64,000 nt of DNA, taken from positions 1 to 64,000 of IMG/VR virus record IMGVR_UViG_3300020577_011595; one strand, written 5' to 3'. This document shows positions 9,523 to 18,396 of the stretch, in pieces; positions within the stretch are counted from its first letter, which is position 1; each line of letters opens with the position of its first letter. Below the pieces are notes generated by a model that was not told where the DNA came from, made no database searches, and saw only the letters and a list, made by a program, of their open reading frames with translations. A program made the position numbers and the translations under genes. Source of the stretch: a virus (Duplodnaviria > Caudoviricetes).

Positions 9523-10239
9523 TCACAACTGCCCGAAACCATTGGCTTTCGCTGCCGTGGCGAGCTGGCGCTCGTAGTAGCTCTTGCTCTTCTTGATCTT
9601 CGCCAGCGCGTTCTGCGCACGGCGGAGCTTGGTGAGCCAGCGCGCCTCCCGTGCGGCGAGTGCCTTGAGCTTCGCGCCTGCGCGGTCCTCGAGCGTCGAT
9701 GCGGGCTTCTTCGCCGGAACCGGGAGGTTGGCGCCCTCCGGGATGTCGTACAACGCGCGGACCGCGTCGAGCGCCGACGGCGTCGCGTGCATGACCGAGT
9801 CGGGGAAGTCCGGGTGCCGGAGGCCGAAGAGGTGCCAGACCTCGTGCCTCACAAGCCAGACGAAGCCCACGAGATCGCCGTCGGGGATCGTCAACCGCAT
9901 GGCGCGCCCGCTCAGGTAGGCATGACCGGAGCTGTGTCTGCTCTCCTCCGGGGCGGACGCTGCGGTGACGTGCAGGATGGGATCGTGCCCCATTTCCGAT
10001 GCGAGCGCGGCGCGCGCCTGGAGCTGCTTGCGGCGCCGAGCGGGGGCCCGGTCGGGGCGCTGCTGCCGAACCCACACGTCGCAGTGGCTCAGGATCTTCG
10101 TGGCGCGCGCTCGGATCTCTTCAGGAGGTCGTGACCGCGGGTCGTGCGCGAGGAAGCCGTCGCGGACCTCGCGCACGACCCGCGCGATCCAGGCGCGGAT
10201 CTGCCTACCGTCGAAATCAGTTGTGTTGCGGATCTCCAT
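9523..10239 (-). CDS. Metzincin-type zinc metallopeptidase with C-terminal coiled coil
   Basis: ATG at 10239 with a GAGGAGG RBS; HEVWHLFGLRH matches HExxHxxGxxH and is followed by PDSVM (Met-turn). Confidence 0.75.
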   Translation of the reverse strand: MEIRNTTDFDGRQIRAWIARVVREVRDGFLAHDPRSRPPEEIRARATKILSHCDVWVRQQRPDRAPARRRKQLQARAALASEMGHDPILHVTAASAPEESRHSSGHAYLSGRAMRLTIPDGDLVGFVWLVRHEVWHLFGLRHPDFPDSVMHATPSALDAVRALYDIPEGANLPVPAKKPASTLEDRAGAKLKALAAREARWLTKLRRAQNALAKIKKSKSYYERQLATAAKANGFGQL

Positions 10240-10250
10240 GCGGCCCCTCC

Positions 10251-10835
10251 TCAGATGAACGTCTGCCACGAGCACGACGGCTTGCTGGCGTCCGCGCGGA
10301 AGCCGACCGCGCCGAGCTGGTCGCACTGCCACCAGCCCGTCAGCGAGAGGTTCCGGCGGAGCGGGGCGCCGCACGTCGGGCAGACGCCAGCGCGAACGAT
10401 GGCGGTGTCCGCCTCTTTGCGGAGCCTGTCCTTCTCGATGCGCGCGTCCTGGGCGTCTGCGTAGGCCAGCTCATCGAGGCCCGAGAGCGTGAGGACACCG
10501 TCGTCCCGAAGCCAGCCCCGCTTGACCAGCGGGGCGCTGCGCGCGTCGACCTTGCACGGCCCGCGGGCGCCGTGGTGGTTGCGGAGGATCGCGATCTGCT
10601 TCTCGGTGGGGCGAGCGCTGGCCATCACGCCCCCTGCCTTCCGGCCGGAAAACGCGATGACGAGCACCGCGGGGTTCGCGCTGCGGCGGACCACGAGACC
10701 TGCCTCGGCGGCGTTCTCACGGAACGCCCGTGCCGTGTCCTTCGTCAGCGCCACCGTCGTGAAGTGCTCGGTGGCCGCGATGGCCGCCGCCGCAAGCTCG
10801 GGAGAGCGCGTAGCAGGGATGAATCGGATCGACAT
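10251..10835 (-). CDS. Hypothetical early protein with C-terminal zinc ribbon
   Basis: ATG at 10835 with an AAGGAG RBS; CPTCG...WQC...C motif. Confidence 0.7.
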   Translation of the reverse strand: MSIRFIPATRSPELAAAAIAATEHFTTVALTKDTARAFRENAAEAGLVVRRSANPAVLVIAFSGRKAGGVMASARPTEKQIAILRNHHGARGPCKVDARSAPLVKRGWLRDDGVLTLSGLDELAYADAQDARIEKDRLRKEADTAIVRAGVCPTCGAPLRRNLSLTGWWQCDQLGAVGFRADASKPSCSWQTFI

Positions 10836-10873
10836 GCAGGGCTCCTTCGTTGCGACGTCTCTGCGTCGGTGAG

Positions 10874-10905
10874 CTAGTGTTATCCTACTTTCGGATAACG
10901 CGCAA
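10874..10905 (-). promoter_or_regulatory. Sigma70-like promoter (TTGCGC-17-TAACAC) overlapped by a perfect TTATCC-N7-GGATAA palindrome
   Basis: Plus strand gagctagtgttatcctactttcggataacgcgcaa; shares the palindrome and downstream CTAGC with the 9465 promoter. Confidence 0.65.
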
Positions 10906-10918
10906 GCCCTATCTTCGC

Positions 10919-12010
10919 TCAGACGCGAAGACGCGAGCGGAGCAGCCCGGAGACCTCGTGCACGGGCTTCGCCTGCTCGAGGACGATGGCGTTCTGCGCG
11001 GGCGTGAGCTTGCCCGGGTCGTAGCCGTCGGGCGGCGTGGCGATGAACGTCGGCGCGCGCTCGGCGAGCTGCATCGCGAGCTGCACGGCCTTCTCCCGTT
11101 CCTTCTCGCCGGGGTCGAGGTAGACCGTCCAGCGCCGCGGGCGGAGGTGCAGAAGCCGCAGCGTCTTCTCCGGGGTCGGCTCCTTCCCGAAGAGCGCGAC
11201 GGCGTGAGGCCCGACCTTGACCGCGTCGATGGGCCCCTCGACGACGACGACGTGGTGGAACTGCGAGGCCCAATCGAGGTTGAAGACGACCGACGCAGCG
11301 CCCGTCGGGATGTCGTAGGGGTTCAGGGTCTTGCGGTAGTTGGTCTCGCGCTCCCACTGCTTGCGCGCCGCGCGGTCGAGGTGCGCAGGCGGGTCCCACG
11401 TGGCGCGGCCCTGCCAGTAGACGAGCCGCCCGCCCATGAACACGGGGAACACGACGTAGCGCGAGAGCCGGCCCTGGCGGCAGTAGCCGATCCGATAGTC
11501 GCGGATCATCGCGAGCGAGAGGCCACGTTGGCCGACGAGGTACTCGACCGCCTCACGGTGCATCGGCGCCGTCGGGTCCACCAGCTCGAAGCCGTAGGGG
11601 TAGGCGATCTCGGGCAGCTCTGTGAGCTGCGTCGGCGCGCTCGCGGGCATGCGCGCCACAGCCTGCAACGACGTCGGAGCGTCCCCTCCCGCGTAGCCGG
11701 AGAGCACGACGTCGAGTGCACCGTCGCGGTCCGTGCGCTCGAGGAGGGCGATCAGGTCGAGCGTGTCGCCAGTCTTCCCGCACCCCCAACAGATCCACGT
11801 CATCTTCGCCGGACCGTGGTGCCATCGGAGTCGATCGCTCCCGCACGCGAGGCCCAGCGGCGTCGGGCCCTCGTGTGGGAGCAGCCACTCGTAGCTCCTC
11901 GCCGACTTCGATTCCTTGTAGCCGCCGTGTCGCCGCGCGAAGGCGTCGGCATCGAACGCGAGCAACGCCCGCTTGACCCTGCTCTCCGCTTCGGGCGTGC
12001 GCGGGGTCAT
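10919..12010 (-). CDS. DNA primase (zinc finger + TOPRIM)
   Basis: CGSDR...WICWGCG zinc finger; VVFPV..G.LVYWQGR; VVVVEGPIDA TOPRIM; ALFG. Confidence 0.9.
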   Translation of the reverse strand: MTPRTPEAESRVKRALLAFDADAFARRHGGYKESKSARSYEWLLPHEGPTPLGLACGSDRLRWHHGPAKMTWICWGCGKTGDTLDLIALLERTDRDGALDVVLSGYAGGDAPTSLQAVARMPASAPTQLTELPEIAYPYGFELVDPTAPMHREAVEYLVGQRGLSLAMIRDYRIGYCRQGRLSRYVVFPVFMGGRLVYWQGRATWDPPAHLDRAARKQWERETNYRKTLNPYDIPTGAASVVFNLDWASQFHHVVVVEGPIDAVKVGPHAVALFGKEPTPEKTLRLLHLRPRRWTVYLDPGEKEREKAVQLAMQLAERAPTFIATPPDGYDPGKLTPAQNAIVLEQAKPVHEVSGLLRSRLRV

Positions 12011-13338
12011 TCCTTCGCCTCGTAGGGCACGGCCGTCGTCGCCATGCGCATGCGCCCCAGCTCGTTCGTGATCGACCAGATCCGGTTGACGGCCGCGCTC
12101 CGGTGTCCCTCCCAGAACACGCGCATGAGGCCCTGCTCCATCTCCTCGTCGGTCGCGTTGAGCGAGCCGAACGAGTCGACGATGCGCACCTTCGCGTAGC
12201 TGTCGGCGACGTCACTCGACGTGAGGACGTGCTCCTTGGAGTGCGCACCCTTGGGCGGGCGCTGGGCCTGCCACGCGGTCCAGCACGCCATGCCCGTGTT
12301 GTTCACGAGCCGCTTGAGGTCCCGGGAGAACGCGAGCTGGTGCTGCGTCTCTGAGTCGACGCGGTCGCGCGAGCGCCCGATGTCCGCGTAGTCGAGGATG
12401 AGCAACTCGGGAACGAACTGGTGCGATTTCAGGTAGTGAAGCTCGCGCTGGATGTCGAGGATCGTCGTGTCCCAATCCGTCAGAGCGCGCACGACCATCA
12501 GGCGGCGGAGGTTCGCGTACTCCGCGGCGAGCTGCTGGTAGAGCTGCCAGTCGATGTCCCCGCGGCGCACCGCCGCGTACTGCTCGGTCGAGAAGCACGA
12601 GTCGTAGCGGGCCGACTGCTCGCCCTCGCGACCTTCCAAGATCACGTGCAGCGTCGGGCGCCGGTGAACGCGGGTCGCGTGGAAGCCCTGGTTCGTCAGC
12701 CACGTCGACTTGCATCGCTTCGCGTAGGCGAAGACGCTCCACACCTGCCCGTGCTGAACGCCACCGTCGGTGAGGTCGTCGAGCCCGCGGATGCCCGTCA
12801 TGAACGCCTGCTGCCCCGCGTCGGCCTGCGCGCGGATGCGTTCGAGCTGGCGGTCTTGCAGCTCATCGAAGAGCCAAACGCGGGCCTCCTTCGCGAAGCC
12901 CACGTCGACGATGCGCTCCTGGGCGCGCGCCATCACGTCGTACGCCTCCGACCGCTTCCCGCTGTTGAAGAGCGCCGCGCTCGTCTGGTGCGCCTCGGCG
13001 AAGATGGCCTGCCTCACGAACTCGACGAGCTGGGCCTTGATCCAGGCGTCTTCGGCAACGACCCCCAGGGCGATGACGTGCTCGACCTCCGCCGCGAATC
13101 GCGCGCTCACGTTCGCGGGGAGCGAGCGCACCGCATGCCGGAGCACGAGGTCGGAGCACCGCTGCTGGTACTCCGCCGCGTGGGCCGAGATCACCTTGAA
13201 GATCCAGCCCAGCGCCTCGACCGTGAAGTGCCCGGCCTCGAGCCACTTCACGCACGACATCGCGAACGCGTCGTCCGTCTGCATGAGGCGGAGAAGAGCG
13301 CGCTGGAATCCAGCGTCGAAGGCGAACGGGACGGCCAC
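12007..13338 (-). CDS. Replicative DnaB-like (SF4) helicase
   Basis: TGIRGLDDLTDGG, Walker A-like AYAKRCKST, ILDYAD, WTAWQAQR; lies directly upstream of the primase. Confidence 0.85.
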   Translation of the reverse strand: MAVPFAFDAGFQRALLRLMQTDDAFAMSCVKWLEAGHFTVEALGWIFKVISAHAAEYQQRCSDLVLRHAVRSLPANVSARFAAEVEHVIALGVVAEDAWIKAQLVEFVRQAIFAEAHQTSAALFNSGKRSEAYDVMARAQERIVDVGFAKEARVWLFDELQDRQLERIRAQADAGQQAFMTGIRGLDDLTDGGVQHGQVWSVFAYAKRCKSTWLTNQGFHATRVHRRPTLHVILEGREGEQSARYDSCFSTEQYAAVRRGDIDWQLYQQLAAEYANLRRLMVVRALTDWDTTILDIQRELHYLKSHQFVPELLILDYADIGRSRDRVDSETQHQLAFSRDLKRLVNNTGMACWTAWQAQRPPKGAHSKEHVLTSSDVADSYAKVRIVDSFGSLNATDEEMEQGLMRVFWEGHRSAAVNRIWSITNELGRMRMATTAVPYEAKE

Positions 13339-13363
13339 TCGTGCTCCTAATAGCGGATAGCGG

Positions 13364-13963
13364 TCACCGCACCGCGGCGGCCGCTACTTCCTTGGGGAGC
13401 AGGTGCAGCCGGTTCGCCCGCAGCGCAACGACGTCCCACCCGTGCGACTGGTAGAGCCGCGCGGCACACCGCACCGCCTCGGGGCATGACGCGCACGTGC
13501 GAGACGCGGGATGGAAGCCGCCCGTGAACTCGTCGACCAGGCAGAGATCGAAGCGGCCGCGCGCGGCGTGCGGCGCCTTGGCGGCCTCCATGCCCCTCGT
13601 GAGCAGCCGCAACTCCTTGACCTGTTGCTCGTCCACGGTGCCGGCCTTGCGGGTCAGGCGCGCCGACGCGGCGGCCGAGAGCGTATGCCCGTGCCCGAAG
13701 TCCCGCCAGCGTGTGATCAACGTCGTGTCGCCCGCGAGCTGCCGCAGCCCGACGGGGTGACCCGCATGCTGGGCGGCATCCCACCGCCAGCGAAGGAACG
13801 CGAGCGGGTCGTCGGCGCCCAGCTCGCGGAAGCGGTCGAGGAAGCGTTGCGCCGCCTCGAGCACCTCCGGCCGGCGGAAGGTCGGCGGCCGCTGCCCCGT
13901 GCGCTCCTGCCTCAACCGATGAAACTCTCGAACCACGTCGCCGGCATCGACGTTCTTCGCCAT
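13364..13963 (-). CDS. Hypothetical replication protein with 4-Cys motif
   Basis: ATGA overlap with the SF2 helicase; CLVDEFTGGFHPASRTCASCPEAVRC; lies between the two helicases. Confidence 0.7.
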   Translation of the reverse strand: MAKNVDAGDVVREFHRLRQERTGQRPPTFRRPEVLEAAQRFLDRFRELGADDPLAFLRWRWDAAQHAGHPVGLRQLAGDTTLITRWRDFGHGHTLSAAASARLTRKAGTVDEQQVKELRLLTRGMEAAKAPHAARGRFDLCLVDEFTGGFHPASRTCASCPEAVRCAARLYQSHGWDVVALRANRLHLLPKEVAAAAVR

Positions 13964-15345
13964 CAGGTGACTCCTCTCGGCACGACCACGTTTCCTGCAC
14001 CGAACTGCTCTCGGGCCATCTCGATCCTGCGCGCAGACTGTCGTCGGAGCATCCCGTGGTGTGCGTCCACGAAGTCGTAGATCCTCCCCACGGGCTTGCC
14101 CTCCGCCGCGGTGAGCGGGCGGAAGTACGACTGCATCATGCCCACGCCGTCGCTCCCTCCTGCCGCGTAGATGAGCGCCGCGGCGCGCGGGACATCGACG
14201 CCTTCGCCGATGACGGTCGTTCCGACGATGCAGCCATAGCGGCCAGCCAGGAAATCCGAAACGGCCTTCGACGTCAAGGCGCCCTCGCCGCCCTTCACGG
14301 TCGCCGAGTTGGGGATGCGCGCACCGAGAGCGTCCGCATGGGCGCGTCGTCGAGTGAGGACGATCGTCGGAACGCCCTGCTCACCGAGTTGCTGGGCGAT
14401 GAAGACGACGAGGTCGTTGCGATCGCGGCTCTCGACGATACCGGCCTCGTAGGCCTCCTGATAGCTGTGCCCTCCCGTCGGCGCCCCATTCACGACCGAG
14501 AAGACAACACGGGGCCGCGCGAGCCAGCCGCCGGCCACGAGGAAGTCGACGGGGATCTTGGCGATCACGGTCGAGCACACCGCCTCCATCGCGAGCCGGT
14601 CGTCCCCGGTGCGGAAGTGCGTCCCGGTCCAGCCGTAGCGGTAGAAGGCGTTGACCGCGAGCTGGTTCACCCGATGGTACGAATCGGCGGCCGCGTGGTG
14701 GAACTCGTCGATGACGAGGAGCTGCCGCGTCGCCCACCACTCCGGGGGAAGCGCGAGCGCGCTGGCGACGGTCGCCACGACGATCTGCTTCGACGGGTCG
14801 CGCTCGGACGGGCGCACGTCGCCGTCGATGCGCGCGACGAGGTCCTCGCCCCAGATTTTTCGGAACGTGCGGTAGGTCTGCGCGACGATCTGCACGCTCG
14901 GCGCGAGGAAGAGCGTGGGGAGCGCGTAGGCATCGATCGTCCGCGCGGCCATCGCGGTCTTGCCCGACCGCGGGGGCGCGTCGATGACCCCCGTGCCGTA
15001 GGCGAGCGTCCGCCGGAACACGGCTTCCTGGTAGGGCCGCCACTGCATGCTGATCGCGTGCAGGGGGAGCTGGTCGCTGGGCTTCGCTCGCCAGTCCCGC
15101 ACCCGGCCCGTGAGCCGGTAGTGCTTGGCGAGCGCGACGACATGCGGCACGAGCCCCGCCGCCACGACGTCACCGCGAAGCAGGGAGCCGTACCGCTGCC
15201 CTTCGTGGATGAAGAACCCGCCGAAGCGGGCGCCGGGCGCGGTCTCCGGCTCCACCGGGACCGCAAGGTGCACCGCGAGCGCCTCGAGAAACCACGTAGG
15301 CGCCTGCGTGATCCGGGCGAGGTTGTTGAAGCGGTCGACCAGCAC
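13963..15345 (-). CDS. Superfamily 2 DEAD/DEAH-box helicase (UvsW/ResIII-like)
   Basis: RPYQ, APPRSGKT, VIDEFH, GWTGT, VIGEGVD. The GTG at 15345 is preferred because the ORF-track TTG at 15381 lies in a terminator hairpin. Confidence 0.9.
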   Translation of the reverse strand: MLVDRFNNLARITQAPTWFLEALAVHLAVPVEPETAPGARFGGFFIHEGQRYGSLLRGDVVAAGLVPHVVALAKHYRLTGRVRDWRAKPSDQLPLHAISMQWRPYQEAVFRRTLAYGTGVIDAPPRSGKTAMAARTIDAYALPTLFLAPSVQIVAQTYRTFRKIWGEDLVARIDGDVRPSERDPSKQIVVATVASALALPPEWWATRQLLVIDEFHHAAADSYHRVNQLAVNAFYRYGWTGTHFRTGDDRLAMEAVCSTVIAKIPVDFLVAGGWLARPRVVFSVVNGAPTGGHSYQEAYEAGIVESRDRNDLVVFIAQQLGEQGVPTIVLTRRRAHADALGARIPNSATVKGGEGALTSKAVSDFLAGRYGCIVGTTVIGEGVDVPRAAALIYAAGGSDGVGMMQSYFRPLTAAEGKPVGRIYDFVDAHHGMLRRQSARRIEMAREQFGAGNVVVPRGVT

Positions 15346-15371
15346 ACCGACCCGCGTTCTACGCGATAGCG

Positions 15372-15414
15372 CAAAAAACAACCCCCCGCGGAGATTGCCG
15401 GCTCGCGCGGGGGG
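15372..15414 (-). terminator. Intrinsic terminator-like hairpin with T tract
   Basis: Minus strand ccccccgcgcgag-ccggcaat-ctccgcgggggg followed by TTGTTTTTT. Confidence 0.65.
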
Positions 15415-15737
15415 CTGGGTCGTTAGACCGGAGACCAGAATCCTACTTGCACAACGGCCGGCTGTCGAGCCATCTTCGTCGGGTCACCTGACTGCCGGTG
15501 TCGGTGGTCGATTCTAGGGAAGAGCGTTCCTACAAGTCCGCACCCGGACCGACGAGCCCATCTGTGATCGGGTTGTGCGTCGGCGGGCAAGCGATCCAGC
15601 GCGGTAGACCGGAGAGGCAGGGACCAAGTGCGAGGCGACGCCCTGTCTGGAACAGCACCCTAGGCCGGACACCTATACAGCGAGACGCCGATCGGAGCCC
15701 GGGAAGGGTGAGGTCATCGCTGGTTTGCTCTCCCGCT

Positions 15738-15799
15738 TCTCCTTCGGAGATCAGGGATCTCTGCTCTCTCGCGAGAGCAGAGATCCAGAGCCGAAGGCT
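15738..15799. repeat. Triple hairpin cluster: 14-bp perfect inverted repeat flanked by two CGAAG mini-hairpins
   Basis: ggatctctgctctc-TCGC-gagagcagagatcc at 15755-15786; tctcc-ttc-ggaga at 15738-15750; agcc-gaa-ggct at 15789-15799. Confidence 0.9.
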
Positions 15800-15865
15800 A
15801 GGGCCTCGTGCGCCCTGAGCCCGGATTTCCAGCCCTGCGCCGGGCTATCCTCTATGAAGCCAGCA

Positions 15866-16260
15866 TGCCCAAGAGACCCCCGCACCCGGTAGACCTGCAC
15901 CCGCTTCTCGGGGCTCTCGACGATGACGGGTCGGTGACCGGGATCTTCGACGAGTACGACGAGCGGCTCCGCAGCCCGCAGCCCGGCCCCCTCGTCTCCC
16001 GGTTGACCGAGCCCGTCCGCCCCGAGGATGTGATCCTCGACGACGTCGGCCTGCCGCCGACCATCTACTGCGATCACTGCGGTCACGTCGGCGGGCACGC
16101 GCACGACTGCCCGGAGACCGCGATGGAGCGCGCCGCGCACGAGGAGCGCCTCGAGCAGCTCGCCGAGGTCGCCGAGCAGCGGTCCTCGATCCGCTATCTT
16201 CTGCGCAAGGCGGCCGCCGCAGCTCTCCGACGTCTGGCGCGCCGCGTAGCAGGCGAGTAG
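15866..16260 (+). CDS. Hypothetical protein with CxxC..HxxxC motif
   Basis: MPKRPP...YCDHCGHVGGHAHDC; start is uncertain (15808 is an alternative). Confidence 0.55.
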
Positions 16261-16269
16261 GCCTACCCG

Positions 16270-16929
16270 ATGAAGAACGACGACATGGTGCTGACGCTCC
16301 TCGTGGGCGCTGCGTTCGCTGTGCTGGTGTCGCACTGCGATGCCCGTGCGCAGGCTCCAGAGGCATGGGAGGGCGTGAGCCCGGTCCTCGCGCTGGCGAG
16401 GATCTGCCGACACGAGGCGGGCTTCCCCGCGAGGGTCCGCGGCCAGTGGGATCACGGCGACGACTGCCCCGCGATCCATGCGGTCATCGTCCGCGTGCAG
16501 CGCGCGATGGAACGGGCGGAAGCCCGACGCGGGCGACCGCGCGTGGTGCCCTATGCCGAGGTGGTCTCCCGCTACTCGCGGGGCAGCGTGTTCGACCGCG
16601 CTCGCCGGGACGCAGCGTGCGACGTCGCATGGCTCGAAGAGGACGACTCCGAGCCCGCCTGCTGGCGCGCGGGCGTGCCCTGGTCCCGCCGCCGTGAGGC
16701 GTGGCTCGCCCTCCTCGAGCACGCGCACGACATCCACGCGGGCCGCGTGGGCCACCGCTGCCCCGAGCCGCCGCTCCATTGGGGGTGCGGCGAGGAGCAG
16801 ACGCGGCGAGGGTGCGGGGACGCAGCGCGAGCGGCTCGCGCGGGGTGGGAGAGGCTCTCGTGCGGTCGAACCGACAACTGGTTCTACCGCGCCCCGGTCA
16901 CACCCACGCCTGTCGCGCCACCAGGGTGA
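16270..16929 (+). CDS. Secreted SleB-like (Hydrolase_2) cell-wall hydrolase candidate
   Basis: Signal peptide; LARICRHEAG (catalytic Glu position), AIHAVI, HW, and terminal NWFY pattern. Confidence 0.6.
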   Translation: MKNDDMVLTLLVGAAFAVLVSHCDARAQAPEAWEGVSPVLALARICRHEAGFPARVRGQWDHGDDCPAIHAVIVRVQRAMERAEARRGRPRVVPYAEVVSRYSRGSVFDRARRDAACDVAWLEEDDSEPACWRAGVPWSRRREAWLALLEHAHDIHAGRVGHRCPEPPLHWGCGEEQTRRGCGDAARAARAGWERLSCGRTDNWFYRAPVTPTPVAPPG

Positions 16930-17578
16930 TCGGCGGCCACGAGAGGGGATCTCGCTCGCGCCGGAGCAGGTCGTCGATGAGCTTCTGCCGCAGCTTGGAG
17001 CGCAGCACGCCGCCGGCCCAGAAGTAGGGCCCGCCGAGGAGCTGGTCGACGTAGTAGGGCGCGATCCCGTCGCGGACCTCGAGCCCTGCGGCGCGGTAGA
17101 CGTGATGGACGAGGACCACGCTGGCGACCCATGCCTCCATCTCTCGATCGATCCTGCCCCAGGCGGGGAAGATCGGGAGGAGGAAGAGAGGCACCAGGGC
17201 GAACAGGAAGTAGAGGGGCCACCAGAGCAGCCCGAGGAACCCGAGCAGGCCGAGGGGCGCGAGGATCTGCGGGAAGCCGTACGCGAGTGCCTGCCACACG
17301 ACCCCGCCGGGCCGCTTGGCCTGGTCGATGTGCACGATCTCGTGCGCGAGGACCGTCCAGCCGTTCTCCGTCCCCCACCAGCTCTTCGGGATCCAGATCC
17401 GTCCGAGCCCCGCCGTCGCGTAGCCCGTGAGGAACTTCGGGTTCCAGAGGAACATGAGGGTCACGTAGTAGAGGGCGGGCATCAGGATCGACTTGTCCTT
17501 GTCGATGATCTTCGCGCCCCGCCGCTCCACTTCCGCCACCAGGGCGTCCCAGGCCCGCTTGTCCTTGTCCTTGTCCAC
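16898..17578 (-). CDS. Membrane protein with HExxH metallopeptidase motif
   Basis: GTG at 17578; VLAHEIVHIDQ...EMEA and a long hydrophobic segment. Confidence 0.7.
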   Translation of the reverse strand: MDKDKDKRAWDALVAEVERRGAKIIDKDKSILMPALYYVTLMFLWNPKFLTGYATAGLGRIWIPKSWWGTENGWTVLAHEIVHIDQAKRPGGVVWQALAYGFPQILAPLGLLGFLGLLWWPLYFLFALVPLFLLPIFPAWGRIDREMEAWVASVVLVHHVYRAAGLEVRDGIAPYYVDQLLGGPYFWAGGVLRSKLRQKLIDDLLRRERDPLSWPPITLVARQAWV

Positions 17579-17588
17579 GAGAGACCTC

Positions 17589-18101
17589 CTATGGAATCGA
17601 GCTGAGCAGGTAGACCGCAACGACCTCGAGCGCCACGACAACGACCGCCCCGGCGGCGGCCCAGAGAGCCGGGTGCCGCCACCAGGCATCCCGCTCGGCC
17701 TCCGCCTCCCTCGCGCGCCGGACGGCGGCCTCGAGCGCGGAGACCGCAGCGGCGGCCTCCTGCTCTGCCAGCTCGACCTCCCGCGCCCGAAGGGCGTCCC
17801 GCTGCTCTGCCAGGGCCGCCCGCTCCTCGAGCAAGCGAACGTGGCGCGCGTAGGCCGGCAGCAGCTCCAGGCGGCCCAGCATGCACCGGGCGAGGTCGCC
17901 GTGGAACCAGAGGCCCAGGATGCCCCCGTGGGCGAGCTGGGCGCGCCTGGGCGCCTCCAGATCGGGCGCGCACGGGGCTTCGACCGTCTCGGGTGGCGGA
18001 AGGCTCTGAGCGGCTCCTGGGGCCGCCCAGAGCAGGGCGGCGAGGGCGAGGCTAGTAGCCGAGGCGAGCGAACTCGGCCTCGAGCTGATCGTCGGGAACA
18101 T
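17589..18101 (-). CDS. Membrane-anchored coiled-coil protein (spanin-like?)
   Basis: N-terminal signal-like segment, coiled coil and C-terminal TM; no lipobox seen. Confidence 0.55.
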   Translation of the reverse strand: MFPTISSRPSSLASATSLALAALLWAAPGAAQSLPPPETVEAPCAPDLEAPRRAQLAHGGILGLWFHGDLARCMLGRLELLPAYARHVRLLEERAALAEQRDALRAREVELAEQEAAAAVSALEAAVRRAREAEAERDAWWRHPALWAAAGAVVVVALEVVAVYLLSSIP

Positions 18102-18396
18102 CGGGACCTCCTACGTGGAGATCCAGGATCTTACGCTGACTCTCGGCGATCTGGGCATCGAGCTGCTCGATCTCCGCCGTGACGGCCCCCGTCTGCGCGG
18201 CGATCTCCTCTCGGCGGGCTCGCAGCTCGCGGACCTTGGCGACCCCTTCCGAGACCCGAGCGGCGTCCGCCGAGTCGGCGAGCTGGCGGCGCTGGTAGAC
18301 GATGACCCCCACGAGCCCCGCGAGCACGGCGAGCGCGCCCGCGAGGAGGCCCCACCACCGCCGGAGCCAGGCGCCGACCTTCTCGTACCAGCTCAC
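18052..18396 (-). CDS. i-spanin-like protein
   Basis: GTG in a GTGA overlap; N-terminal TM (WWGLLAGALAVLAGLVGVIVY) followed by a coiled coil. Confidence 0.55.
   Translation of the reverse strand: MSWYEKVGAWLRRWWGLLAGALAVLAGLVGVIVYQRRQLADSADAARVSEGVAKVRELRARREEIAAQTGAVTAEIEQLDAQIAESQRKILDLHVGGPDVPDDQLEAEFARLGY

Noticed and set aside
13343-13359. Possible fourth operator (gctcc-N7-ggata) at the DnaB RBS
   Set aside because: Left arm matches only 3 of 5 positions and is explained by the SD sequence.
15415-15800. tRNA, tmRNA or retron msr-msd
   Set aside because: No cloverleaf, T-loop or tag ORF recognised, and no reverse transcriptase in the window.
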